NCBI RefSeq assembly: GCF_006345805.1
Contig: NW_021832386.1
Span: forward strand, 1-61,207
DNA length: 61,207 bases
Direction of reading: 5' to 3'
Source of the DNA: Octopus sinensis
Lineage: Eukaryota
A program made the translations under genes and the position numbers. This document shows, piece by piece, positions 24,657 to 38,810 of this stretch (position 1 is the first letter of the stretch; each line of letters begins with the position of its first letter). The notes under the pieces are model-generated. The model was not told where the DNA came from, searched no databases, and saw only the letters and a list, made by a program, of their open reading frames with translations.

Positions 24657-25680
24657 TATTAGGTTGCACGGAAAGTTATGAGCGTTTTTTAATATGCAAA
24701 AAGGGACATAAGTAATTGACCTTTCATTAAATATTATTCACTGAAATAATGTCCATTATCATTAATGACCTTTGCCAATCTTTCAGGCAATTTAGATATT
24801 CCATCAGCATAAAATTTTACTGGTTTTGAAGAAAAACTTATCTAGATGCATTTTGACTGCATCTAAATGTTTTTTCTTACAATGAGTTCTGTAGAGACAA
24901 AAATAAGTGGTTGTCGGATGGTGCCATAATCAGAAGAATATTGTGGATGGGGCAAGAGATGTAATCTTGTTCGGATAGCCAAAAACACATGTAGTCAGGC
25001 ATTGTCGTGTTGGAACGCTACCCCTTTCCTGTTGGAAATCTCTGGCCTCAATTCTTTGATGTTTTTGGCTCATATTAACCAGCTGACGACAGTAAACATT
25101 AGAATTAATGGTCTGGTTTTGAGGGAGAAGCTCATAATAAATAACGCCTCAAACACAAAGCATGGCTTTTCTGGAATGGATATTCATCTTTGGTTGCAGT
25201 TTGAGGGGATCCTTACGCAAACTCTTTTGCACTACGTTTTCGTACACAATCCATATTTTTTATTTCCAGTCGCAAACTGTTTCAAAAAAGACATTTTTTC
25301 ATTCCCTTTCACAAGCACATCACAAACGGAATACCGGTCCGAGTAACTCTTTTCTGAGAGTTTCTGAGGGACCAATCCACTATAGCGAGAAATGTGTCCT
25401 AGCTTCATTTGGTGTTCGTGAGCCGTACTTTTAGAAACTTCCAACTCCTCTGCAAGTTCTCTAGTTGTGATATTTGAGTTTTTTTCGATTTTTGCCTTCA
25501 AAACATCTTCATTCAATTTTGAAGGTCTTCTACTGCAACTGTCATCTTCGAAGCTAAACTCTCCAGCTTTAAATTTTGCAAACAACTTTCGAACAGTTGA
25601 TTCGCCTTCAACATCATCATCACCATCAACTTCACAAATGCTTTTGCAATATTCTCTTGAGAGATTCAGCTGACCTTTGT
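24657..25680 (-). mobile_element. Degenerate mariner (DD34D) DNA transposon, 5' end lost
   Basis: Minus frames: ESTVRKLFAKFKAGEFSFEDDSCSRRPSKL (HTH), VIYYELLPQNQTINSNVYCRQL, FQHDNA, HPQYSSDMAPSDNHLF and KLPERLAKVINDNGHY. TIR-like end TATTAGGTTGCACGGAAAGT at about 24657. Confidence 0.9.
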
Positions 25681-26420
25681 TGAGTGTCAGTAGTTGTTTG
25701 AGTTTGAAGTGCTTTCTGGCTCTGAAGAGGAAGTCTTTGTGATGCAGCCTTTGCCATATTTAGGATGTGTGTTGGCCGGGAGAGACCCCTGGTGATAGTG
25801 AATCCTTTGAAGCAATCTTGAGAATTATGGCAACGTATAGTTTGTGTTCAGAGGTAAGCTGAGGTGTAATAATGTTTTACTGGTATGTGCAGTGGTTGTC
25901 TTTATTTGTTGTTGAATGAGACAAGCTTGACATCGCCCCAGTGGAAGATGTTTTTGCTGTCACCAAGTTTCTCGAAGCTGGGAGCCCACTGGGAGACCCG
26001 TAGATCTGGTTTTATTAAAGCCGTAGAAGTGATCCCTAAAAAGGGGGGAAAAACGTTAAAATGATGGAGAAGATCGTTGCCAATATCATCACTTTTGAAA
26101 GGTTAGCAATGAAGTCAACAGGGGGACAATAGTTTAAAATCTCCATTTTGGGAATGAGACACACAGCTGCGGGTTTCCAAAGATCAAGCTATATCTATAT
26201 CGAGAGAACGAGGTTTAAAGGTTTGGAGAGTAATGGAAGAGCTGTTGACAAGTCCAGTGGTCTTGTTTGTCTGAAGTGACCAAAGTTACTTTTGTTCTTG
26301 GCGTGAATATGTGTAAGTAAAAAACAGACTTGGATGCAGAGTTTTGTGTTACTTTCTCATCACATGGAGTATGAAGCAGACTAATATGTAATAAGCGCGC
26401 GGTGGACAGGCCATCGATAA
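25680..26420 (-). mobile_element. Highly degenerate CR1/L2-like RT fragment
   Basis: Minus-strand remnants WKPAAVCLIPK, LSKVM, HFYGFNKTRST, WGDVKLVSFN and LFRARKHFKLKQLLTL. Confidence 0.65.
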
Positions 26421-26519
26421 GGTCATAAGATGTGATAAAAGAACTTTGAGAAACCAATTAACTAGTTTATAAGTAAATTTATTGACTAATTAACTAATTG
26501 ATTAATACGCACAAGGCCT

Positions 26520-26720
26520 GAAATTTTGAGAGATGGTGAACAGTCGATTTCGTTCACACACCCACCCACCCAAGTTCGACTGGTGTTTATTTTATTGAGC
26601 CCGAAAGGATTTAATGTAAAAGTCGACTTTGGCGGAATTTAAACTCAGAACGTGATGTCGGAACAAATGCCGTTAAACATATTATCCGGTTCGCTAACGA
26701 TTCTGCCAACTCGTCGTCAT
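26520..26720 (-). mobile_element. SINE family 2
   Basis: AAAGTCGACTTTGGCGGAATTTAAACTCAGAACGT...GCTAACGATTCTGCCAACTCG. Confidence 0.8.
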
Positions 26721-26814
26721 TTGGTTAATTAATAATTAAAGCAAAAGCTTTTGTATCAGGTTTGCAAGATTCTTTAAGCATGCAAAAACACACACAAATG
26801 CATGAATATGCCGA

Positions 26815-27075
26815 ATACATACATACGTAGACACACGCATGCATACATACATACATACAAACATACATACATACATACATACATGCATACATACATACAT
26901 ACACACATACATACATACATACACACATACATACACACATACACACATATATACACACATACATACATACATACATACATACATACATACATACATACAC
27001 ACATACATACATACATACACACATACATACATACACACATACATACATACATACATACATACATACATACATACA

Positions 27076-27105
<30 letters not shown>
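26815..27105. repeat. (TACA)n microsatellite with CACA variants
   Basis: Source of the MYVC/HTYI-repeat ORFs. Confidence 0.95.
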
Positions 27106-27106
<1 letters not shown>

Positions 27107-28364
27107 GTGCATAGACAGGCATAAATGCACGCTGGCGCATACACATGCGCACAAACAAAATGAACGCAGCTAAGATAACGGACAGAGCCAACATCCATAG
27201 ACAAGGTTGCAAAAGCAACGAAAAATTTGGAAAAGAAAAAATATAAATAATAAATGAACGGAAATTGAAACGGTGAGTGTGTTAGATATTAAGGAAGTAT
27301 GACTCTACCCAGATAGAACAAAAGTGTAATACCAGTAATGTGCGTGAGTTTTATTAGTGAGTATGAGAGTCTCAAAGTACAACTATATCTGCCGTAGAAC
27401 ACGAGTTCTCATCAAGAATCTTGCATTTCAAATGCGAAAGTGAAATGTTGGTTAGCACCGGTGAGAAGTGCTTTAAACAAAGGTACCGTCACGTCCAGAA
27501 GATCACATTATATAATATAGTTCTAGATAGATCTAGACAAAAGGATGATCACGAGTAGAACGCTTTTGATAATGCATCTACTCAGTTACGACTTGGATTA
27601 AACAACGTCTCTTAAATATTTCAGCAATTTTTTCCTCTTCCGAATAGCTCTTAATGTTTTGATAAAGTTTTCTTTAGAGAACTAAACTTAAAAAACATGT
27701 TTTAGCAAAGACAGAATAGATTTTTAAGAATAGTATCTTAATGTTGTTTCAGTTTTCGACTAAATGTAACTGTAGCGACGAGTTTGACTCAATGTCTTTA
27801 TAACAGTGCGTAGTTTCATACAAATACATACTAAGTTCAAATAGCGCTGGTGTGCCGATAGTAAGAAATAGAAAAAGAAAAGAAAAAAGAATATTAATAA
27901 AATGTTATTTGTATAGAAAACAATCCTTTTGCCGAATAACATTTGGATTTGTCCACAAAGAAAAAAAAAACGAATGCTAAATGTTTTACTGTAGTTTCTT
28001 CAGACAAGACCTTCACAACATCGAGACAAAGTTTGCTTTTTAATGTTGGAAAACTTAAAATGTGTTTTTAAGTGACTTAGAATACATTTTTAAGAATGGT
28101 ATTTTCATGTTATTTAAGTTTCCGTCTAAATGTAATTCTAAATCCATCACATATTTTTCTCTCTAATATTCTTGTATGTATTAACATTATTTCATCAATA
28201 ACAGATTTTTTTCCTTCTCTTTTACAAGAAAATGAATCTATTATATTTTATTTGAATTTTGTGGATATATTTGTATTATTGAAATATTTATTTCATTTAT
28301 ATATTTATATATTCTCTCATGCATTATATAAATATATACATGTATGTATGTGTGCATATGTACG

Positions 28365-28397
<33 letters not shown>

Positions 28398-28854
28398 AAA
28401 CATACATATATACATCTATATAATGCAGCATTATACGTTATAATTATTTTTATAGTAAAGAATTACACAGATTATAGGAAAGATATATTTTATATATGTG
28501 TGTGTGCGTATTAATATATAATTATACATATATAAACTCATATATATGAACATACATAATATATATACATATATATATGCATATATATCTGTGCATATAT
28601 ATATATATACATGTATATATACATACATATATATACACATATATATTTATAATTATTTATATATATATTTATAATTATATATGTGTGATTGTGTGTGTGT
28701 CTGTGTCTGTGTGTGTGTATGTGTGTGTGTGTGTGTGTATTCAGGTATAATTTTTTAAATATATTCTTCTATTTGCAGTGTTTTCTAAATTCATGTGGAT
28801 TTTCTAAGATACATTTTGCTCATTTTTTTCATTTACTGTTTTCCTTTCCCCATA

Positions 28855-28905
28855 AATAATAACAACAAAAACATCAAAAACAACAACAACAACAACAACA
28901 ACAAC

Positions 28906-29000
<95 letters not shown>
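28855..29000. repeat. (AAC)n(AAT)n microsatellite
   Basis: Directly visible; source of the poly-N/I/L ORFs. Confidence 0.95.
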
Positions 29001-29002
<2 letters not shown>

Positions 29003-29337
29003 GCGGATAAGACACAATCTATGTCATAGAACACGCAACCTGGTAAAATAGATGGTGTACTCAGAAGAGTAAATATCATTTATTGTATTTTATATTTCTA
29101 CATGGTATTCAGATATCTAATGCATATATAATGTATGTGTTTGTGCGTGTGAGTGAGTGTACAAATGAAAAAAGAAAAGAGCACTCAATACGTGGCATAG
29201 AGTACATATGTTTATGGGTAAACATGTAATGATCCACGGCGACAATGACTTTACGTGAATCTGTGATGAGCAACTGAAAGATTGCGGAATTTTTGCAGGT
29301 GTGAAACAACAGTGATGCACTAACGAATATATATATG

Positions 29338-29406
<69 letters not shown>

Positions 29407-29481
29407 ATGTATATATATATATATATATATATAATATAATATATATATATAATATATTATATATATATACATATATGTATG

Positions 29482-29552
<71 letters not shown>

Positions 29553-30203
29553 TATATATATATTATATACACATAGGCGTATGTGGGCACTGGACGTCAT
29601 GAAACGTGTACAACAAAAACATACGAAGTACGAGTACATGGAATATGAACTATTTTTCGAACAATGAAAGACACAAATGGAAAACAAGTTAAACAACATA
29701 ACGAACGATCCTTCATCAGTTGTCCGCTGTTCTCCTAATCCGTGTTTCTAGCATTTAACAACTATATACGCTTTCGATAAAACAGTTGCTCCCGCAAAGC
29801 AGATTAAATAAAATATGGTATTTTGCGAAGGGTCAAAATAGGTAACAAAAACAGGACAATGAAAAGAAACAGGAAGGGCTGCTAAGCCTAAACGAGGTTG
29901 TGGCGGCGAACGCGTAAATCAAGCTTGGACAGGAGACAGACAAGAACACATCTTCTTTGTTCTTAAGTCAGGGGATGAACGAAAGATGCTCGATAGTCAT
30001 GTGGGAGCCACGTGAGCAAGGAAGGAGAAGTGAGAGAGAGAGAGTGACAGAGTAATAGGATAGAATAGTGGGAGAAGAGGAGGTAAGAGAATAAGAGAAA
30101 GATAGAAAAACGAAAGAGTAAAAAGATCGTGTAGAGTGCAATCAGAATTATTAAGATAAAATTTGAAAGAAGATGCGTGGCGTTCAATATAATAGTATAA
30201 ATA

Positions 30204-30242
<39 letters not shown>

Positions 30243-30252
30243 CATGTATATA

Positions 30253-30336
<84 letters not shown>

Positions 30337-30349
30337 TATATATATATGC

Positions 30350-30422
<73 letters not shown>

Positions 30423-30424
30423 GC

Positions 30425-31764
30425 ATAGCAGAACAGGCCTCGTCATCCTGCTCCAAAAAAATCGGATGTCCACCAAAGCTGCTGAGGATCATCAAGTCTT
30501 TCCATGATGATATGCAAGGCACCATACAGCACAATGGTTCAATATCAGCCACCTTCCAAATAAAAAATGGGGTAAAGCAAGGTTGTGTCCTCGCTCCTAC
30601 ATTATTTGGCATCTTCTTCTCGCTCTTACTCTCACATGCCTTTCAGGCACCAGATGATGGAATGCTTCTGCACAGTAGAAGTGACGGGAAACTGTTCAAT
30701 CTCTCGCGCCTGCGTGCCAAGACCAAAATCAGAAACGTCCTGATCAAGGAGATGCTATTTGCTGATGATGCCGCTCTGGTATCACACACAGAAGAAGCTC
30801 TCCAAAGGCTCATTAACTGTTTTGAGCAAGCATGTAACGACTTTGGCTTTGCTATCAGCCTTAAGAAGACCAACATCATGGGTCAGGCTACACCGGACAT
30901 CCCAAACATACATATTGGAGACCACAGATTACAAGTGGTGGAGAAGTTTACCTATCTTGGCTCTACCGTCACCTACAACCTATCCCTTGACGCTGAGCTC
31001 AATATACGCATTGGCAAGGCAGCTGCTGCGATGGCACAACTCTCCAAACGGGCGTGGGACAACAATAAGCTGACCAAGACCACGAAAATGAAGATCTCCC
31101 AGGCATGTGTACTTAGCACTCTACTGTATGGAAGTGAGACTTGGACGCTATACACACGCCAAGAGCGTCGCCTAAACATCTTTCACCTGCGCTGCCTCCG
31201 GAAAATCCTCCGCATCAAATGGCAGAATCATATCCCCAACAAAGATGTCCTCAGCAAGCAGGAATACCAAGCATGTTTGTACTCTCACACAACACGTATC
31301 AGATGGCTTGGCATGTTAGCCGTATGAAAGATGGCAGAATCCCCAAGGACATACTCTACGGAGAGCTTGCTAGGGGTACTAGGTCTGTGGGTAGACCGCA
31401 CTTACGTTACAAGGATGTTTGCAAAAGGGACATGAAGGCCTGCAACATCAACATTAGCGGTTGGGAGGCAGTTGCCGGCAACCGTGGAGATTGGCGACGT
31501 ACCGTAAAAGAGGGAATACAAAGGAGTGACAGAGAGAGAGAGGAGAAATGGAAAGACAAGAAAAGACATCAACAAGAAACTATGGCATTACAACCAGCCA
31601 GGCAAAGTCTTCGCTACATTTGCGGCACCTGCCAGAGGGAGTGTTTGTCCAGGATAGGACTACACAGCCACAGCAGGAAATGTATCAGGACATGAAATGT
31701 AAAAGCCGGACTGGACTATTTTATGCGCAACTCCATTGTCTCCCGAGACAAAAAGGATGCCAAC

Positions 31765-31770
<6 letters not shown>
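30425..31770 (+). mobile_element. RTE-clade (BovB-like) LINE, 5'-truncated
   Basis: GVKQGCVLAPTLF, MLFADDAAL, VVEKFTYLGS, STLLYGSETW, DGRIPKDILYGELARG and the C-terminal zinc finger [21 protein letters not shown]. Embedded in (TA)n on both sides. Confidence 0.93.
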
Positions 31771-31800
<30 letters not shown>

Positions 31801-32219
31801 TATATTATATATTATATATATACATACATCCATACATATATATCAATATATATATATATATACGTATAGATGTTTGTATGTATGTACGTATACTATCTAT
31901 ATATGCATATATAGCATATATATATATATATATATATACGTATAGATGTATGTATGTACATATACTATTTATATATGCATATATATATATATATAAGTTA
32001 TATATATGTGTGTGTACATGCATCCATATATATATACAGCATACATGAATACATGTATATATGCATATATATATATACATATACATACACACACATATAC
32101 ATACATTTATATATTAAAATAGATAGACACATTGATATATACACGTATATATGTAAAAAAAATCTGTATATATTTAAGTAAATATATAAATCTATATAAA
32201 TAATATACATTATATTCTT

Positions 32220-32428
32220 TTCTACTCTAGGCACAAGTCCCGAAGTTTTGGGGAGGGAGCCCAGTCGATTAGATCGACCCCAGTACGCAACTGGTACTTA
32301 ATGTCTGACCCCGAAAGGATGAAAGGCAGAGTTGACTTCGGTGGAATTTGAACTCAGAACGTAAAGACAGACGAAATACTACTAAGCATTTTGTCCGACG
32401 CGCTAACGTTTCTGCCAGCTCGCCGCAT
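32220..32428 (-). mobile_element. SINE family 2, complete
   Basis: Runs from the tail TTTTTCTACTCTAGGCACAAG to the head CTGCCAGCTCGCCGC. Confidence 0.85.
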
Positions 32429-32654
32429 TATACATTATATAATATTGTATTATTATATATTACGTTATATTATATTATATTATATTATATTATATCTTAT
32501 GCTTGCTTCAGTCATTGGAGTACAGCCATGTTGGGCCACCACTTTGAAAGGTTTTAGTTAAACGAATTGAGGCCAGTACTTTTTTTGTTCTTTTGTTTTC
32601 TGTAGCCTGGTACTTATTCTGTCGCTTTCTTTCGAGGCTCAGTTTCTGCAGCAG

Positions 32655-32907
32655 AAGACCCCCCAACAAAATTTCAAGGAAATCGAGGAAATGAAATCGT
32701 AGAAAATGCGACGAAGCAACAGGATGCTATCGCAAAAAAAAAAAAAACGGAGTTCCAGGAATGCTTCCATCAGAGGAAAGATGCTGGATAAAGTGTTTTG
32801 CTTCCGAAGGGGAGAACTTCGAAGGAGATTAAATGCCAAATTTGATACATTTTGCACTTTTCTTTCTATAACATCAATCCTGATAGATTTTGATTAGATC
32901 TCGCATA
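32655..32907 (+). mobile_element. Mariner transposase C-terminus and right TIR fragment
   Basis: FKEIEEMK...EFQECFHQ...CWIKCFASEGENFEGD*, followed by a TIR-like TCCTGATAGATTTTGATTAGATCTCG. Confidence 0.7.
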
Positions 32908-33199
32908 CTGGTCGTTATAGATATTGGCCAAAATACATTGACGTTCATTAACATGAAAGATAAAGTTTCAAAACTCCACAGATACTGGGAGTTGTTCGTT
33001 TCGTTGTCGCTTTTGCTGTTATTGTTGTCGTTGTTGTTGTTTCTTTCCAGCCCTTTGTTATATTTAATATATTCTAATGTATTCTTTAATTAATCTTAGC
33101 TTAATTATCATATATTAACAAATCTATTTTAAATAATATTGTATTCTATACCTGAAGATATGTACAGAATCTATTGTGATGCTGGTCTGAAGATATCCT

Positions 33200-33700
33200 C
33201 TCTATGTAATTCGTGTTGATGATGATGATGATGACAGCGACGTCGACGACAATGATGATGATGATAACGGCGGCGATGGTGATGATAACCATGGTGATGA
33301 TGACAATGGTGATGATGATGATGATGATAAGATGATGATGATGATAGCGACGGTGATGGTGATGGTGATGGCGATGGTGATGGTGATGTGGTGATGATGG
33401 TGGTGATGATGATGATGAGGATGATGGTGGTGGTGATGGTGATGATGGTGGTGGTGGCGGCGGCGGTGGTGGTGGTGGTGGTGGTGGTGGTGGTGGCGGT
33501 TGTGATGATGATGATGACGACGACGACTACGACGGTGGCGGCGGCGGCGGCGGTGATGATGATAACCACGACTACTACGATGATGTTGACGACGACGGCG
33601 ACGATGACAACGATGATGACAACGATGATGACAACGATGATGACGGCGATGATGACAACGATGATACGCGATGATGACAACGATGATGACGGCGATGACA
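33200..33700. repeat. Mosaic trinucleotide repeat (GAT/GGT/GAC/GGC)
   Basis: Directly visible; all overlapping ORFs are homopolymeric. Confidence 0.9.
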
Positions 33701-33881
33701 GATGTAAGCAGCGGTTTGCATTTCGACTTGATTTTTTTCTTTTTCTCTTCTTTTCCTTTTTTTTTTATTTTCTCAGTTTTTTTTTGTGGTTTTTCAGCGA
33801 AGTTGATAACGACAGCAACATTGGTAGGAAGATGGCGGAATGATATTGTCCCGAAACACAAGAGGATATCACACGCTGACA

Positions 33882-33915
<34 letters not shown>

Positions 33916-34063
33916 TTCCATGTGTGTATGTATATATATATATGGACCTACATAAATTAGTATATATCTTATCTGTATTTATATGTGTGTGTATATATAT
34001 GTATGTATGTATATGTATATTATATGTATGTATAATATACATATACATGTATACACATATGTA

Positions 34064-34121
<58 letters not shown>

Positions 34122-34589
34122 CATATATATATATATGTATGTATATATTTATGTGTGTGTGTGTTTATATACGCAAACATAATATAGATATATAGTGTGT
34201 ATGTGTGTAATTATATGTATATGTGTGTATATGTATGGATATGCATATGTGATTACAGATGCGCGTGCATAATACACACACACACACACACACACAGATA
34301 CACAGATACACACAGATACACACACACACACGTATAAACATACATAAGCTGATACACAACTATACACAGATATAAATATTCATGCAATCAAACTTACTAA
34401 CCGACACACAGACATATACATACAAACATACATGCACACACACACACTCACACACACACACACACTCACATGCATCCATATATACGTAGACATATATACA
34501 CATAGATAAACATACACACAAATATATTAACGCTACGTACACACATAGATACACACAAATACTAGCAAGTATACTAGCACATACACACA

Positions 34590-35310
34590 CACGTACATAC
34601 ATATACATGCATGCCTTCTTATACATAAACATGCATACACACACACACACGTGCGCACTCAAACACACACAACCATACACGCACACGCGTACACACACAC
34701 ACACACACAACCATACACACACACACACACACAAACAACCATACACACACACGTGCGCACTCAAACACACACAACCATACACACACACACACACACACAC
34801 AACCATACACACACACGCGTACACACACACACACACACAACCATACACACGCGCACACACACACAACCATACACACACGCACACACACGCACACAAACAA
34901 CCATACACACACACGCGTACACACACTCACACACACACACACACACACAACCATACACACACGCACACACACGCACACAAACAACCATACACACACACGC
35001 GTACACACACTCACACACACACACACACACACACAACCATACACAACGCACACACACGCCACACAAACAACCATACACACACACGCGTACACACACTCAC
35101 ACACACACACACACACACACACAACCATACACACACGCACACACACGCACACAAACAACCATACACACACGCGCGTACACACACTCACACACACACACAC
35201 ACACACACAACCATACACACACGCACACAAACAACCATACACACACACGCGTACACACACTCACACAACACACACACACACACACACAACCATACACACA
35301 CGCACACATG
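34590..35310. repeat. CA-derived minisatellite
   Basis: Recurrent modules ACAACCATACACACAC, ACGCGTACACACACTCAC and ACGCACACAAACAACC. Confidence 0.88.
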
Positions 35311-35724
35311 CAACAAGAATATTCAGAAAGTTTCAATTTTAAATACTTTTTTTCGTTTTTATTTTTGTTTTTTTTTTCTTTAATATATATTTGCAACAAC
35401 AACAACAACAGCAACAACAACAACAGCAACAACAACAAATGGATGCAGCCGCCCACCCCCCCACACCCACCCACCTGAAATGAAATCAAATAAAATCTGG
35501 CAAATTAAACGAAATAGTCCTGTTGACGTCAATGTTGGGAAATGGCGTAGGAAAGCAGAAGCCACGTTACGGGTTCAATTCTCGTCGGGAACATTTCTTT
35601 TTCACATCCATTTAGAACCGTTAATGTTTCTCACAAATGAATGAATGCCACAACATCTCATCCAGTTCTTCTGCCATTTCCATTTTTACTTCTGTTTATA
35701 TATATATATATATATTTTTCTTTT

Positions 35725-36035
35725 ATTCTTTTGTTTGTTTCAGTCATTTGACTGCGGCCATGCTGGAGTTCCGCCTTTAGTCGAACGAATCGAACCCAGG
35801 ACTTATTCTTTGTAAGCCTAGTATTTATTCTATCGATCTCTTTTGTCAAACCACTAAGTCACAGGGACGTAAACATACCAACATCAGTTGTCAGGCGATG
35901 GTGGGAGGACAAACACACACACACACATATAGCCCGAGACTATGGTAGAAGACACTTGCCGAAAGTGCCACGCAGTGGGACTGAACCCGAAACAATGTGG
36001 TTGGGAAGAAAGTTTCTTACCACACAGCCACGCCC
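35725..36035 (-). mobile_element. SINE family 1 with an internal deletion
   Basis: Same tail and head as the 7126-7525 copy. Confidence 0.85.
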
Positions 36036-36045
36036 AGTATGTATA

Positions 36046-36290
36046 GGCGCAGGAGTGGCTGTGTGGTAAGTAGCTTGTTTCCCAACCACATGTTTCCGGT
36101 TTCAGTCCCACTGCGTGGCACCTTGGGCTGACTGACCAAAGCCTTGTGAGTGGATATGGTAGACGGAAACTGAAAGAAGCCCGTCGTATGTGTCGTTGTA
36201 AATGTTTGTCACTCACCACCGCTTGGCAACCGGTGTAGATGTGTTTACTTCCCCGTGATATAGCGTTTCGGCAAAAGATACCGATAGAAT
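36046..36290 (+). mobile_element. SINE family 1, head-to-head with the previous copy
   Basis: GCAGGAGTGGCTGTGTGGTAAGTAGCTTG...TCAGTCCCACTGCGTGGCACCTTGGG. Confidence 0.85.
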
Positions 36291-36399
36291 CTGTTAGTGC
36301 ATAGGTGTGCCATCCCCAACTCTACTTTGATGTCTTTCTTATTAAAATACCTTGATTCCACTGGAGCCGAAAAATAATTATTTATACACACACACACAC

Positions 36400-37272
36400 C
36401 TCCTCTTTCTTGCTCTCCTCTTTCTTCCTAGTCTTCTTCTTCTTCACCTCCTCCTTTTTTCTTCTATTGCTTCTTCTTCTCCTCATCCTCCTTTTCCCCT
36501 CCTTCTGCTTCTCTTTGTTCTCCTTTTTCTTCTCCTTCTCCTCCTTTTTCTCCTCTTTCTTCTTATTATCTTCTTTCTTCTCCTTCTTTTTTCTCCTCTT
36601 TCTTCTTCTTATTATCCTCTTTCTTCTCCTTCCCCTCCTTCTTCTTTCTCCCCCTCCTTCTTCTTCTTCTTCCCCTTTTTTCCTCTCTTCTTTCTCCTTC
36701 CCCTCCTTCTTCTTCTCCTCCTCTACCTTCTTCGTCTTCTGGTTCCTCTCCTACTACTGCTTCTTCTTCATCTCCTTCTTCTCTTGCTTCTTCTTTTCCC
36801 CTCTTTCTTCTCCTTTTTCTCCTTTCTTCTCCTCCTCCTTCTTTTTCCTTCTTCACCTCCTTCTTCTCCTACTTCTTTCTTCTCCTACTTCTTTCTTCTC
36901 CTTCTTCTCCCTTTCTTTTTCTCCTCCTCCTCATCCCCTCATTCTCTTTCCTCTTCTCCTTTTTTTCTTCTTCTTACAAGTTTTCTGCTTCTCCTTCTTC
37001 TTCTTTTCTTGCTCCTTCACTTTTTCTTCTTTTTCTCCTTCTTTTCGTTCTACTTCTCCCTTTTCATCGTCTTCTTCTTCATCTCCTCCTGCCTCTCCTT
37101 CTCCTTTCTCTTCTAATTCTTCTTCTTTTTCACCTTCTTATTCTCCCTCTTCTATCTCTTCTTCTTATCTTTCTCATTCTTGTCCTGCTTTGCCTTTTTC
37201 TTTTCCCTCTTTTCCTTCTTCTTCTACCTCTTCTTTTCCTTCATTTTCTCTTCTTTTTCTTCTTCTTCTTCG
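36400..37272. repeat. Long (CTT/CCT/TCT) polypyrimidine tract
   Basis: About 870 bp with few purines on the + strand. Confidence 0.95.
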
Positions 37273-37274
37273 CC

Positions 37275-37510
37275 TGACAGGGTGGCCTTGAGTTTGTGTT
37301 TCCCAGTTGTCAGGATTGATCTTAAAACTCTTCAGTGAAGTTTTCAGTGCATCCTTGTGTACTCGCCCTCCGACAGTTCTCGGTAAAACAATTTCGTGGG
37401 CAGCCATTCGGACAAGGTGGCCTGACCAACTGACTTGCGCTCTCCTCGGCACTGTGCAAATAATGCTAGGAAGATCAGCTCGAACGAGGATATGTGTCTC
37501 GGCCTCAGTC
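37275..37510 (-). mobile_element. RTE-clade LINE fragment, degenerate
   Basis: ILVRADLPSI...RAQVSWSGHLVRM...HKDALKTSLKSFKINPDNWETQ. Confidence 0.7.
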
Positions 37511-38097
37511 GAACAAATAGACACCAGCACTTTTGGTGTGCGACCTTTCAAGTATAAGAACCTGATCCCTGATCTGCATTCAACACTTTAATCCACTTCA
37601 GCAACCGTAAAAGAAGCTGCAATTCACAATGGTACACTTAGAGATATGTATGGTTGTACCTGTACAAGTTCCGTTTTCTGCAATAGCCGGAAGTGGGTCA
37701 GGGGAAATCTTTAATGAACACGTCTTGTATATATATGTATATATATGTGTGTATATGTACGTTTTCGTGTGTATGTGTATCTGCTAATAACACTCCATAC
37801 CATACGCGCACTGCTAACTAGGATCAAGTCTTCAACACAATTATGTCACGTTCTAAAGAGTTGAAGAATCATCAAAAAACACAACTTACTGGTGCCAGAC
37901 AAATAAAACCAATTTCTTCACAATCCTCCTCTTCAACTGACAGGTGAACGGTTCTCAGAAAATACCTGCCGCAGGGATTCTGGGCTAATTACAAGCGCTT
38001 TTGATGTGTAATGAAGCTTCGCATCGCAGAAGAAAGGAAAAAACGGAAATCATTCGCCAACGATGATAGTGCATACACACACACACAAGCGTATATG

Positions 38098-38139
<42 letters not shown>

Positions 38140-38723
38140 TATGTGCATGTGTATGAATATATATATGCATATATACACAGACATATGTACATACATATAT
38201 ATGTATATGTATATGTATGAGTATATGTATGTGTGCCTGTCTGTATGTATGTATATATGTATGTATATATATATATATATGTGTGTGTGTGTACGCATCC
38301 ACATACACACACAACACGCTGTCTCTCCGTATGTGAATGTACATACATGTGTGTATGTGTATGAATTCATGTAATAGTGTATTTATTTATACATGTACAC
38401 ACACACACACATACACACACACACACTTACACTCAAACACACACATATACATACATTAGTATATGAATATATGCATATAAATTTATCCATGCCTACATTT
38501 ATATACACACATATATATATGCATATATATACATATATACACACATATAAACATATATGTATATTTAAATGATAACAAAAACCAATAATTAATACGTTGA
38601 ATATTTATGTGCATATATATATATATATCATATACATATATATGTATGTATATATACGTAAATATATATTTACGTGTGTATATATGTATATACATATGTG
38701 TGTGTTGTATGTATGTATGTATG

Positions 38724-38810
<87 letters not shown>

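Noticed and set aside
29270-29320. CTGAAAGA...GAAAC, and GAAACGTGTA at about 29600
   Set aside because: There is an extra base in the core and a GTG triplet, and the second motif has no linked CUGANGA. At most these are decayed Penelope remnants.
33171-33955. His-, Thr- and Met-rich ORFs
   Set aside because: They are translations of a trinucleotide repeat mosaic, open in several frames on both strands.
36352-37291. 254-aa and 293-aa hydrophobic or F/S-rich ORFs (and similar ones at 19700-20362 and 43238-43779)
   Set aside because: They are products of polypyrimidine or polypurine tracts.
37880-37945. Possible 47-nt minus-strand micro-exon (EEEDCEEIGFICLAP) ending at a GTAAGT donor
   Set aside because: Weak acceptor, no partner exons and no homology recognised.
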